DNA of 64,000 bases from positions 608,001 to 672,000 of the forward strand of contig OZ245033.1 of assembly GCA_965224025.1 (NCBI GenBank). The letters are read 5' to 3'. Under the pieces are notes generated by a model. That model did not search any database and was not told where the DNA came from. It saw only the letters and a list, made by a program, of their open reading frames with translations. Below are positions 37,444 through 46,922 of the stretch, piece by piece. This stretch comes from Candidatus Multivorans sp. GTDB lineage: Bacteria > Acidobacteriota > Thermoanaerobaculia > Multivoradales > Multivoraceae. The translations under genes and the position numbers were made by a program. Each line of letters opens with the position of its first letter. Position 1 is the first letter of the stretch.

Positions 37444-38582
37444 ATGAAACAGTGGACACTCAGAATACTCACGCGACGACCAGTTGGGCCGCCAATCCAA
37501 GTTGTGGTTAGCTTGGTCTTCCTTTTCTCGCTGACCGTGGTGATCCAGGCGGCCGCGCAGCCCGCGAGAGTGGGCGACCGGGATGCTCCGATCTGGATTG
37601 CGGCATCGGGTGTCCTATACCGGGATGGCTCCTTCAGGGACTCTTGGAGCCTGAGCGGGGAGATTCGGGAGCAAGTGCGGAAACAGTCCGAGGCCTTTGC
37701 TGTTGCCTACCCGCTTGGAGTCCAAGCAGAGGAGGAGTTGGAGGATGGGGCGAGGCCGCCGCGGGAACTCTGCGCCGGCGTGCCTCCCCTCGATCCCGAT
37801 AGCCCGCGAGCACGCGCCAAGTTGTTTGCCGACGAGCGGTTCTACGACTTCGACTTGACGGTGCTGACATCGAAGGTAGCGGTTGTGGCCACGGTGTCGG
37901 ATCTGATCCCCGGTTTTCTGGCCAACGGTGATCCCGGTCTGCTCTTGGAGTTGTCCGAAGTGGTGCCACTGCATGTTCGTTCCGAGCTACCGTCCTACAC
38001 GCTGATTCCAACCGATCAGGTGATGATTCGAGGCCGGGCGTTCTGCGCGGACGAACTGCGGGCAGAGTATTCTTACGAGCGGCCGGAGGTCGGCGATCGT
38101 GTTGTCTTGATCGGTTCGTTGTGGGCTAGGGAGAACGTCGTCAGGGCGTGGTTCTACTATGAAGGACGTTTTGCGGTGGCAAGAGGGGAGAAGCACAACG
38201 AGCCGGCTCTGGACTGGGCCACCGGCTACGAGCCCTACGTTGCGGGGGTCTCGATCTCTCGCTTGTCCCGCACGTCCCGGACCAGACGTTGTCGGGTTTG
38301 CACGACTACTTCGACCACTTGCAGGCGAGCGGGCTGTTCGAGTGGGTAGAGCATGTGCTTCCCGATCCGCATGTCGACTCGGAGTCTCGCGAGCGGCTCT
38401 TTCGGGCATGGAAGGTCAGTCGGGAAGCGGGGTGCAGGCCACTGGCGGCGCGCGAGGAGACACCCGGTAGCTGGCGGCTTGTTCGGTTCGAGTGTGGCCC
38501 GTTGGCTGTCACGCAACTCCAGACCTTTCGTTCCGTTACGCAGGAATTCGCGGCGCTTCGTGGTGAAGGAGAGGCGCAATGA
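37444..38582 (+). pseudogene. Hypothetical secreted protein, probable frameshift at the G5 run 38244-38248
   Basis: SD and signal peptide (AAA-Q). Protein-like sequence continues in the frame of ORF 38289-38582, whose stop overlaps the next ATG. Confidence 0.6.
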
Positions 38583-38791
38583 GGTCACTGACCATCACGA
38601 TATGTTGCCTCTTGATTCCTAATATCAATCCGCCCGGTCCTGGTGGTGGTGGCCCGAAGCCCGGGCCGCCTCCGCATGTGACGCGGCAGCCGCCTGGCGG
38701 CGGCGGCGTTCCGAAGGTTTGCACGGTAGAAAGGGTTTGTGTGGACGATGGATTCGACGAGGTTTGCACGGACACTCTAACCTGTGAGTAG
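38579..38791 (+). CDS. Small Pro/Gly- and Cys-rich peptide (70 aa)
   Basis: AAGGAGAGG SD, ATGA coupling, hydrophobic N-terminus, C-x5-C-x8-C-x5-C tail. Confidence 0.65.
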   Translation: MRSLTITICCLLIPNINPPGPGGGGPKPGPPPHVTRQPPGGGGVPKVCTVERVCVDDGFDEVCTDTLTCE

Positions 38792-39011
38792 CGGCAACCT
38801 GTGAGTAGCGGCGCGCCTGCCGCACTCGGGTTGGGGATCTCAACGGTCGCGATCTCGGCATCGGGCCAGACCACCAAGGTGGGCGATCGGGTCGCTCCGG
38901 TCTGGGCCGCGGCGTCGCGAGGGTTGTTGGAAGCGCGGTTCGGCTTGTCGAGAGCTGTCGGCACGGCACGCGCGGACTGCGTGCAGCCCTCTCGCGGGTG
39001 ACGCCGCAGCT

Positions 39012-40121
39012 TCAGGAGCAGCCCTCGCGCGTTTCATCGATCAGGCCGTCGACGACCGCGTTCAGGTCGGCCTCTTCGGCCCGTCTCAACTGGCGGTCGG
39101 CGCTCGTGCCCTCGGCGAGGATGGTGTGGACGTACTCGGCTTCCTTGCGGATGCCGAGTTCGTCCAGTACGTCGTCGACGAACTCCATCAACTCCCGGAT
39201 CAGGAACCGTAGCGGCACCTCCTCGGCCTTGCCGAAGTCGATCATCTTGCCGTCGATGCCGTATCTCATCGCGCGCCACTTGTTCTCGTAGAGCAGGTGA
39301 CGGGGGTAGCGCCTCCAGGCCTGGTTGTTGCGGCGCAGGCGGATCAACTTGCCGACGATCGCCATGAACAGGGCCGTCAGGCACAGCGCCTCCTCGATCT
39401 TCGTGCAGACGTCGCAGACCCGGAACTCGATGGTCGGGAACTTGGGATGGGGCCGGACGTCCCACCAGATCTGGGTGGGTTCCTCGATGCATCTGGTCTG
39501 AACGAGCACGTTCACGAGCCGCTCGTACTCGGCGTAGGACCGGAGCGAGGGCGGCAGACCGGAGCGGGGGAGACTCTCGAAGACCACCGAGCGGTAGGAC
39601 TTGAGTCCGGTCTTGCGCCCCTGCCAGAGGGGCGAACTCGTCGACAGGGCGAGCAGATGGGGCAGGAAGTAGAGCGACTGGTCCATCACGTCGATGCGCA
39701 GGTCCCTGTCCGGCACCCCGACGTGGACGTGCATGCCGAAGATCAGCATGCGCCGGGCGACGTCGCCGAAGTTCTCCTGCAGAGTGATGTAGCGCTGGGC
39801 ATCGGTGACGTCCTGCTCGCGCCAGGAGGAGAAGGGATGGGTGCTGGCGGCGGCGATTCGGAGGCCGTTGCGGGACGCCAGGTGGGAAATCGATCGCCGC
39901 AGGCGGATGAGTTCCTGGCGGGCCTCCCCGATCGTGCGGCAGACGTCGCTGCCCACTTCGACCTGGCACTGCAACTGCTCCGCCTTGATCTGCTCCTGGA
40001 GAACGATCTGACCCTGTTCGAGGAACTTCTGGATGAAGGGCTTCAGTTCCCGGCTCTCCGGGTCGATGATCTGGTACTCCTCCTCGATGCCGATCGTCAG
40101 CTCGGGAAGCTTCGTCTGCAT
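39012..40121 (-). CDS. ybdK: Carboxylate-amine ligase (GCS2/YbdK family)
   Basis: TIGIEEEYQ, FGMHVHVG, LLALSTSSP, WWDVRPHP, TIEFRVCD, ENKWRA.RYG. Confidence 0.95.
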   Translation of the reverse strand: MQTKLPELTIGIEEEYQIIDPESRELKPFIQKFLEQGQIVLQEQIKAEQLQCQVEVGSDVCRTIGEARQELIRLRRSISHLASRNGLRIAAASTHPFSSWREQDVTDAQRYITLQENFGDVARRMLIFGMHVHVGVPDRDLRIDVMDQSLYFLPHLLALSTSSPLWQGRKTGLKSYRSVVFESLPRSGLPPSLRSYAEYERLVNVLVQTRCIEEPTQIWWDVRPHPKFPTIEFRVCDVCTKIEEALCLTALFMAIVGKLIRLRRNNQAWRRYPRHLLYENKWRAMRYGIDGKMIDFGKAEEVPLRFLIRELMEFVDDVLDELGIRKEAEYVHTILAEGTSADRQLRRAEEADLNAVVDGLIDETREGCS

Positions 40122-40269
40122 GGTTCTTCTCCTCTACAGGGGAAGTTGTGCCTGGACTAGGAACGCTCGCAAGACTATCCGGCTGTGCTGGATGAGGGCC
40201 GGCGTTGCGGCCGCCCGAGCCGGTCTTTGCGGGAGCCCGCCTCCTCGCTCTGATACCGTCCCCGACTCA

Positions 40270-42051
40270 ATGAGCTGGTTCGCGACCATTGCCTCGCGTC
40301 CGCTTGTTCGTCGCCTGATCGCCGGCTGCCTCGCCCCCGCCGTCCTGCTCGGAGTCGCCTGCACCGGGGCTGAATCGGCGCGCGATGCCGAGGGCACTTC
40401 GGCCTGGAGCCTTGAAGGCAAGGCGCTGGCAGCGGAAGGGGAGCACGGGATGGTCGTCAGTGGTCATGGTCTGGCCTCCGAAGCCGGCGCCCGCGTCCTG
40501 GAACGGGGCGGCAACGCGATCGACGCGGCGGTGGCGGTCGGCTTCGCCCTGGCGGCGGTGCTGCCGGCTGCGGGCAACATCGGCGGCGGCGGCTTCCTGG
40601 TCCACCGGTCGAACGACGGCGAGATCCGCGCGCTCGACTACCGCGAGAAGGCGCCCGGAGCCGCCACCCGGGACATGTTCCTCGACGACAATGGCAAGGT
40701 CACCGAAAGCGCGGTCATCGGCCATCTTGCGGCCGGCGTGCCCGGATCCGTGGCCGGGCTGTGGGAGATGCACCGGGGGTACGGCTCCATGGCCTGGGTC
40801 GATCTGGTGGCCCCCGCGATCGAGTTTGCCCGCGGCCACGAGGTCGACGAGGTCCGGTCGCGGAGCCTCGGGTCGGCGGCCGAACGGCTCAACCGGTTTC
40901 CGGCCAGCGCCGAGCAGTTCCTGAACGCTGGCGAGGCGCCGGCGCCGGGGACGCTGCTGGAACAGCCCGACCTGGCAGCCACCCTGACGGCGATCGCCGA
41001 GCAGGGTCCGGACGGCTTCTACCGTGGCCCGGTCGCCGACCTGATCGTGGCCGAGATGGAGAGGGGCGGAGGCCTCATTTCGCACCAGGATCTCGCGGAC
41101 TACGCGCCGGTCTGGCGGGCGCCGGTCGAGGTCGAGTACCGCGGCCACACGATTTACTCCATGCCGCCGGTTTCGTCCGGCGGCTTGACCCTGGGCCTGA
41201 TCCTGAACGTGCTGGAGGGCTGGGATTCCCTGCCTCCGTTCGGCAGCGCCGAGCTGATCCACCTGGAGGCCGAAACGATGCGGCTCGCGTTCCGTGACCG
41301 CAACACGTTGCTCGGCGACCCGGACTTCGTCGACGTGCCGCGGGCCCAGTTCGAGTCCCAGGACTACGCCGGCGGGCTGCGGGCGCAAATCGATCCGGAC
41401 CGGGCGCAGCCGCTGCCACCGGTCGAGGTGGCGCCGCCGCGGGAAAGCACCGAGACGACGCACTACTCCGTGGTGGACCGCTGGGGCAACGCGGCCTCGA
41501 TCACCACCACGATCAACAGCGGCTACGGCAACGCGGTCACGGTCACCGGCGCCGGGTTCCTGCTCAACAACGAGATGGACGACTTCGCGGCCTCGCCGGG
41601 CCAGCCGAACCAGTTCGGGTTGGTGGAGGGCGAGAACAACGCGATCGTCCCCGGCAAACGGATGCTGTCGTCGATGACCCCGAGCATCGTCCTCGACCCG
41701 GAGGGCGAACTGATGATGGTTGTGGGCACCCCCGGCGGCCCGACGATCATCACCACCGTCTACCACGTGATCTCGAACGTTATCGACCACGGCATGACCC
41801 TGCGGGAGGCGGTCGAGAGTCCGCGGGTGCATCATCAGGCGTGGCCGGACCAGGTGTTCTACGAGGAAGGCGGTCTTTCCGCCGAAACGCTCGAGGGTCT
41901 GGCCGCGCGCGGCCACGAGCTGTTCGAGCGCGGCTTGAGCGGCGACGTGTCGGCGATCCGGGTGAGGGAAGAGGCGCTCGTCGGCGTCGCCGATCCGCGG
42001 CGGGGAGGCGGCGTCAGCGCGCCGCGGGGAGAGGCGCCCGCGGGCGGGTAG
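40270..42051 (+). CDS. ggt: Gamma-glutamyltransferase
   Basis: GGNAIDAAVA, GNIGGGGF, DYREKAP, ETTHYSVVD nucleophile, LNNEMDDF, KRMLSSMTP, GTPGG. Confidence 0.97.
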   Translation: MSWFATIASRPLVRRLIAGCLAPAVLLGVACTGAESARDAEGTSAWSLEGKALAAEGEHGMVVSGHGLASEAGARVLERGGNAIDAAVAVGFALAAVLPAAGNIGGGGFLVHRSNDGEIRALDYREKAPGAATRDMFLDDNGKVTESAVIGHLAAGVPGSVAGLWEMHRGYGSMAWVDLVAPAIEFARGHEVDEVRSRSLGSAAERLNRFPASAEQFLNAGEAPAPGTLLEQPDLAATLTAIAEQGPDGFYRGPVADLIVAEMERGGGLISHQDLADYAPVWRAPVEVEYRGHTIYSMPPVSSGGLTLGLILNVLEGWDSLPPFGSAELIHLEAETMRLAFRDRNTLLGDPDFVDVPRAQFESQDYAGGLRAQIDPDRAQPLPPVEVAPPRESTETTHYSVVDRWGNAASITTTINSGYGNAVTVTGAGFLLNNEMDDFAASPGQPNQFGLVEGENNAIVPGKRMLSSMTPSIVLDPEGELMMVVGTPGGPTIITTVYHVISNVIDHGMTLREAVESPRVHHQAWPDQVFYEEGGLSAETLEGLAARGHELFERGLSGDVSAIRVREEALVGVADPRRGGGVSAPRGEAPAGG

Positions 42052-42120
42052 CGGGCCGCGCATGAGTGCTCGGCGCTTCCTGGCTGCGGAGACGTCACGC
42101 CGCGTGGTTGGCGAGATCCC

Positions 42121-45100
42121 ATGAGTGGCCGGCGCATCTTCGCCGCGGTGACGGTCGGTCACCTCGGAATCGACATCTTCAACAGCATGGGGCCGGTGCT
42201 GCTGGCCTTCCTGAAGGCGCCGCTCGGCTTGAGCGCCGCGCAGATCGGGCTTGCGGTGGGACTGTTCCAGGTCCTGGCCGGCACCACGCAGCCGGCCTTC
42301 GGCTGGCTGGTCGACCGGGTCGGCAGCCGCTTCCTGGGACCGTTCAGCGTCGCCTTCAACCTGGGGTGCATGGCGCTGGCGGTCGCTGCCGCCGCCGCGA
42401 CGGGGAGCTTCGGGCTGTTCCTCATTCCGTTCGCCCTCGCCGCGGTCGCCTCCGGCGCCTTCCATCCCCTGGGCGTGATGCACTCCAGTACGGTGAACGT
42501 GGCCCGCTCGGCCACGTTCACCGCCATCTTCTTCTTCTGCGGTCAGGTCGGGCTCACGACCGGGCCGTACCTGGCGGGGCTGGCTCTTGACCGGGCGGGG
42601 CTGACCGGGATCTTCTGGCTCGTGCTGATCGTGGCGCCCGTGCCTCTGTTCATGGCCTTCGCGATGGGGCCGCGACGATTCCACGCGGCGCCCCTGGCGG
42701 CGCAGCCGGAGGAGAAGCCGGAGGCTGCCGGTTCCGGAACTCCCGGCCCGCGGCCCCCCGTGCGGGTCGGGTTGATGGCCCTCCTGGCCCTCGTGTTCGC
42801 CAGCCGGTCCTGGGCGGTTTTCGGAACGATCGCGTTTCTTCCCCTCCTGCTGGCCGAACAGGGCTTCAGCTCCAGAGCCCAGGGACTCGCCAGCGGCATG
42901 TTTCTGCTGGGCGGCGCGGTGACCGCCGTCTTCGCCGGGGAATGGGCTGACCGCTGGGGTCGACGTCCGGTGGTCTTCCTGACCACGTTGCTCGGCGCCC
43001 TGCTCCTGGTCTTCCTGCCCGGCTCCGGCAACTGGACCTTTGCGCTGGCGCTGCCGTGCGGGGCCCTGCTGGGAGCGTCGCACTCGATTCTGATCGTCAT
43101 GGCCCAGTCGCTGCTGCCCTGGCGCCGGGGCCTGGCCTCGGGGACGGCGCTCGGCTTCCTGTTCGCGACCGGCGGGATCGCCACCTGGACGATCGGGGAA
43201 CTCGCCGATCGCTTCGAACTGGCCGCCGTGCTGCAGGCCGGCGCCGTCGTGGGCCTCGTGTCCGCCTGCGCCTCGCTGCTCCTGCCGAAACGGGAGCCGG
43301 CGCGACTGGCCGCGGCGCCGGCGGTTACGGCGGTGGTCGTGCTCGCGGTCGCGGCTTCGGTTCTTGCCTCGCCGCGACCGGCGTGGGCCCAGTTGAACGG
43401 CGAGATCAACGGGCAGGTGCGGAACGAGGCCACCGGAGAGCCTCTCGCCGGAGCCGAGATAAGAATCACGGGGGAGCAGTTGTACAGCCCGAGGATCGTC
43501 CGTGTCGGTGCCGGCGGCGGTTACCGGGCGCCGGGGCTGCCGCCCGGCAGCTACGGCGTGGAGGCGAGCCTGGAGGGGTTTGCGACCTCCGCGGCGGAGA
43601 ACCTGATCCTGGTCACCGGCGGTGTGCTGAGGGTCGACTTCGGTCTTCGCGCCGGCGGAGCCTCGAGTCTCGACTTCGTGTCGTCGCCCCTGCTCGACAT
43701 GGTCACCGGCAGCGACGGCAACGTTCTGACCGGAGACGACCTGCGGGAACTGCCCGGCTCGACGGCGGCGGTGAACCTGGACCTCGCCACGGGTCTGGAC
43801 GCGGTTGCCGGCGGACTGGCGGTCAGCGGCTGGTCTCCCGGACTCGCCAACTATCGGATCGACGGACAGGAAACGGCCATCGCTACCCGCGAAGCGACAG
43901 CGGTGGACCTCCATTGGGTCGATCAGGTACGCGTGCGGACGATGGACTTCGGGGCGGCTCTGGCCGGCCCGCACATCGACCTGATCACGCGGACCGGCGA
44001 CACGGCCTGGCGGGTGAACGGCGGCCTGTCGGCTGTCGAGCCGCTGGACCGGGCCGAGAGGCCGGCTCTGCGCCAGCAGGCCGGTGAGCAGGTTTCCTTC
44101 GGCGGCACCGACAGCAGGAAGATCTTCGGCGAAGAGGCCTACGTCTTCGTCGGCGGACCTCTGCGCGACGAGCGCGCGAGGGCGTTCGGCGGCCATTCGG
44201 TGGGCCGGGCCAGCGGCGTCTTCGATCTGTTCCTGGCCGGCGCGCCACTGACATGGCGGGAGACGACGGAGCTGTCGGTGGGCAAACTGGACTGGTGGGC
44301 CGGTTCGGCCAGCAACCTGAGCCTCAAGCATCACGAGGGGTCCACGGAACTGGATGGCCGTCGGCCCGCCCTGCTGGTGCTTCCCGACGGCGACGGTGTC
44401 GAGAGCAGGCGTTCCAGTCACCAGACGACGAGTCTGAACATCGAGTGGGGCATCACGGATCGGCTGTGGCTCCGGCTCTTCGGCGGCCGCTCCGACCTTC
44501 GCGATCGCGCCGATCCCTGGCAGGACACGGGCGCCTACTTCGTGGCGCCGGCCCCGGGTTTCGTCGCGGGCTCTTTGCGCCCCCGGGCCGCGGGCCCGCT
44601 GCGGCGGTTGGCGGCTCGCCGGAACTGGGCCGTGGAACCGTCGTTCTTCCTGTTCGATCACACGCTGGAGGTCGGCGTTCAGGGTACCCGCGGCGATCTG
44701 CAACTGCTGCGCTCCGATCATCCGGGACGGGAACTGCGGATTCCCGGCGGCCCCCTGCCGGACTGGCGCGGCGAGCCTCTCGGAGCGGGCGGTTTGCGGC
44801 AGGAGAAGCGGGCGCTCTATGTCCAGGACGCCTGGCGCCTGGCGGGAGTGTTCGACAGGCGCCTGACTCTGCATCTCGGCTTGCGCGCCGAGAAGGAGTC
44901 GACCGGGCCGCTCGAACTCGGCCTCGGCGATCGCACGGAACCCCGGATGGGCTTCGTCTGGGACGTCACCGAACGCGGCAAGTGGAAGGTCTACGGAGGC
45001 GCTGCCTGGTGGCACGTGGACGCCTACCGCCCCGTAGCCGGTCTAGCGGGCATCGACGGACTCGCGGCATTGCGGACGGCGGGATACTCCGGTTCGCCCC

Positions 45101-46068
45101 TGGTCTTCGAGCATGCCGCCGTCGATTCCGACCTGCGTCCCGGGCGGGTGCGGGAGGTCCAGTTGGGAACGAGATACCAGTTTCTGCCGGACGTGGTGAT
45201 TTCCGCGCGCCTTGCCCGTCGCCGGCTGCGCGACGGCATCCGGCTGGTTCCGGTGGAAGATGGCGGCGCGATCGTGCCGACGCTCCTGACGCCCGGCTTG
45301 GGCGCCGGTATGGGCGCCTGGGGAGGCGCGAGCCGCGATCTGCCGCGGCTGCAGCAGGACTGGTGGGGCGCCGAGCTCGGCGCGAACGTCGGTTTCGACC
45401 CGGCCTGGCGCGTTCACTTCACCTATCTTCTGAGTCGGCTTACGGGCAACCACGAGGCCGGCGGCCTGGCGCTCCAGGCCTTCAGTGGCACGGATGTTCA
45501 TCCGGGCGTGGCGGCGTTGGACCTCTGCTCGTCGCCGGTGCCCTGTGACGTCTTCGACGTGACAAACGAGAGTCGGCGCCTCGGAGTCGACCGCGAGCAC
45601 CAGCTCGCCGGCTGGCTCGTGCTGTCTCCCGGCGACCGGTTGGTTGCGGCCCTCGTCTACCGGTTCCGCACCGGCGGGTCGTACGTTCCGCGGACCATGG
45701 CGGTACGGGTCGACGAGGAGAACCGGATTCTCAGCACCGGACTCGCTCCGTTGCCTCCCGGTCCGGAGACACCGGTCAAGAGTTCGGACCTGAAGCGGGC
45801 GGACCTCGCGGTGACTCTGCGCATCCCCCTGCGCTCCGAGCATCGGCGGCTCGCGTTCTTCGCCGAGGCGCTGAACATCTTCGACCAGGACGCCGCCACC
45901 GAGCTCTGGCCCCTCGCCTACTTCGACCCGGTGCTGATCGGCGCTGGGGCCGGAAGCGCCGCGGACGCCGTCGCCGAGCAGCAGCCCAGGCGGGACGGCC
46001 GGGAAGGCCTCCCGGCAGCGTTCCAGAACAGCCGGCGGGTGCGGGCCGGGTTGCGGCTCCAGTTCTGA
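42121..46068 (+). CDS. MFS transporter (Fsr-like) fused in frame to a TonB-dependent-receptor-like outer-membrane protein
   Basis: aa 1 to about 390: MFS with QPAFGWLVDRVG, SGAFHP, ADRWGRR. Then a signal-peptide-like segment ending AWA-Q, a GEINGQV..GEPLAGA..LPPGSYGVEASLEGF domain, YVQDAWR..LTLHLGLR, PRMGFVWD, and the terminus RRVRAGLRLQF. Confidence 0.85.
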   Translation: MSGRRIFAAVTVGHLGIDIFNSMGPVLLAFLKAPLGLSAAQIGLAVGLFQVLAGTTQPAFGWLVDRVGSRFLGPFSVAFNLGCMALAVAAAAATGSFGLFLIPFALAAVASGAFHPLGVMHSSTVNVARSATFTAIFFFCGQVGLTTGPYLAGLALDRAGLTGIFWLVLIVAPVPLFMAFAMGPRRFHAAPLAAQPEEKPEAAGSGTPGPRPPVRVGLMALLALVFASRSWAVFGTIAFLPLLLAEQGFSSRAQGLASGMFLLGGAVTAVFAGEWADRWGRRPVVFLTTLLGALLLVFLPGSGNWTFALALPCGALLGASHSILIVMAQSLLPWRRGLASGTALGFLFATGGIATWTIGELADRFELAAVLQAGAVVGLVSACASLLLPKREPARLAAAPAVTAVVVLAVAASVLASPRPAWAQLNGEINGQVRNEATGEPLAGAEIRITGEQLYSPRIVRVGAGGGYRAPGLPPGSYGVEASLEGFATSAAENLILVTGGVLRVDFGLRAGGASSLDFVSSPLLDMVTGSDGNVLTGDDLRELPGSTAAVNLDLATGLDAVAGGLAVSGWSPGLANYRIDGQETAIATREATAVDLHWVDQVRVRTMDFGAALAGPHIDLITRTGDTAWRVNGGLSAVEPLDRAERPALRQQAGEQVSFGGTDSRKIFGEEAYVFVGGPLRDERARAFGGHSVGRASGVFDLFLAGAPLTWRETTELSVGKLDWWAGSASNLSLKHHEGSTELDGRRPALLVLPDGDGVESRRSSHQTTSLNIEWGITDRLWLRLFGGRSDLRDRADPWQDTGAYFVAPAPGFVAGSLRPRAAGPLRRLAARRNWAVEPSFFLFDHTLEVGVQGTRGDLQLLRSDHPGRELRIPGGPLPDWRGEPLGAGGLRQEKRALYVQDAWRLAGVFDRRLTLHLGLRAEKESTGPLELGLGDRTEPRMGFVWDVTERGKWKVYGGAAWWHVDAYRPVAGLAGIDGLAALRTAGYSGSPLVFEHAAVDSDLRPGRVREVQLGTRYQFLPDVVISARLARRRLRDGIRLVPVEDGGAIVPTLLTPGLGAGMGAWGGASRDLPRLQQDWWGAELGANVGFDPAWRVHFTYLLSRLTGNHEAGGLALQAFSGTDVHPGVAALDLCSSPVPCDVFDVTNESRRLGVDREHQLAGWLVLSPGDRLVAALVYRFRTGGSYVPRTMAVRVDEENRILSTGLAPLPPGPETPVKSSDLKRADLAVTLRIPLRSEHRRLAFFAEALNIFDQDAATELWPLAYFDPVLIGAGAGSAADAVAEQQPRRDGREGLPAAFQNSRRVRAGLRLQF

Positions 46069-46104
46069 TTGATCTACCCGGCGGGGGAGAGGGGCGTCAG
46101 CGCC

Positions 46105-46491
46105 CTACCACGAGATCCGCACCGGATACTGGGAGACCAGCCTGTCCGGTGTGACCAGCGTCATCCCGTGCTCGATCGCCTGGCAGATCAGTAGGCGGTC
46201 GAAGGGGTCCTTGTGGAGGGGCGGGAGACGTTGTAGCTGCAGAGCGCTCGCTTCATCGAAGGGAAGGCTCTCAAAACCGTGGCGCCTGCGCTGTTCGGGC
46301 ACGAAGAGCTGAGGATCCTGTGGTAACGGCAATCGGCCGAGTCCGTGTTTCACGGCGATTTCCCAAGCCGATGATGCGCTGAGATATACGGTGTACGCCG
46401 GGTCGGACACGGAGCTTCGGACGGTCGCCGGCAGCCTGCGGTCATCCAGGCACCACCAGAGGAAGGTGCAGGTGTCGAGTAGCAGCTTCAC
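46105..46491 (-). CDS. vapC: VapC PIN-domain toxin
   Basis: MKLLLDTCTFLW, SSAWEIAVK, HKDPFDRLLICQA. GTG overlaps the antitoxin stop. Confidence 0.95.
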   Translation of the reverse strand: MKLLLDTCTFLWWCLDDRRLPATVRSSVSDPAYTVYLSASSAWEIAVKHGLGRLPLPQDPQLFVPEQRRRHGFESLPFDEASALQLQRLPPLHKDPFDRLLICQAIEHGMTLVTPDRLVSQYPVRISW

Positions 46492-46745
46492 TCGCCGGGG
46501 AAGACCGGTCCGTTCTCGAAGGCTTCGATGAAGTCGTCCGGCAGCGGATCGAAGAACGACTCCGGGATCGTGAACTGTCCGCGGCACAGTCCAATGGGTC
46601 GGGGCTTCTTGCGCTCCCGCGGCAGCGGCCGGATCTCGGCGACCGGCTTGTTGCGACGGCAGAGGATGATCGTCTCGCCTTCCTTGAGTTCGGCGATGTG
46701 GTGGGACAGGTGGGTCTTCGCTTCGTGCATGTTGAGGCGCTTCAT
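46488..46745 (-). CDS. Phd/YefM-family antitoxin
   Basis: NMHEAKTHLS..GETIILCRRNKPVAEIRP..FFDPLPDD. Confidence 0.93.
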   Translation of the reverse strand: MKRLNMHEAKTHLSHHIAELKEGETIILCRRNKPVAEIRPLPRERKKPRPIGLCRGQFTIPESFFDPLPDDFIEAFENGPVFPGE

Positions 46746-46922
46746 GGTTGGAAACCTAGTTCAGTAGTGGCTCGATGTCAACATCGGGCGACTGAACCCG
46801 CAGCTCGGCAGCGGCCGCAGGCCTTGCGGCCGGCGCGTCTTTCCAGCCGCCTGCGGCGGCAGCCGGCGGGGACGCCGGTGCAGTCGGTCCGCAGCCAGAT
46901 CCCTCGGCGATCACCCGGATTG

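Noticed and set aside
40267-45015. 1582-aa antisense ORF (and similar shadows such as 12101-14092, 15390-17426, 22279-24390)
   Set aside because: They overlap well-supported genes, have no motifs, and are expected from stop-poor alternative frames in high-GC DNA.
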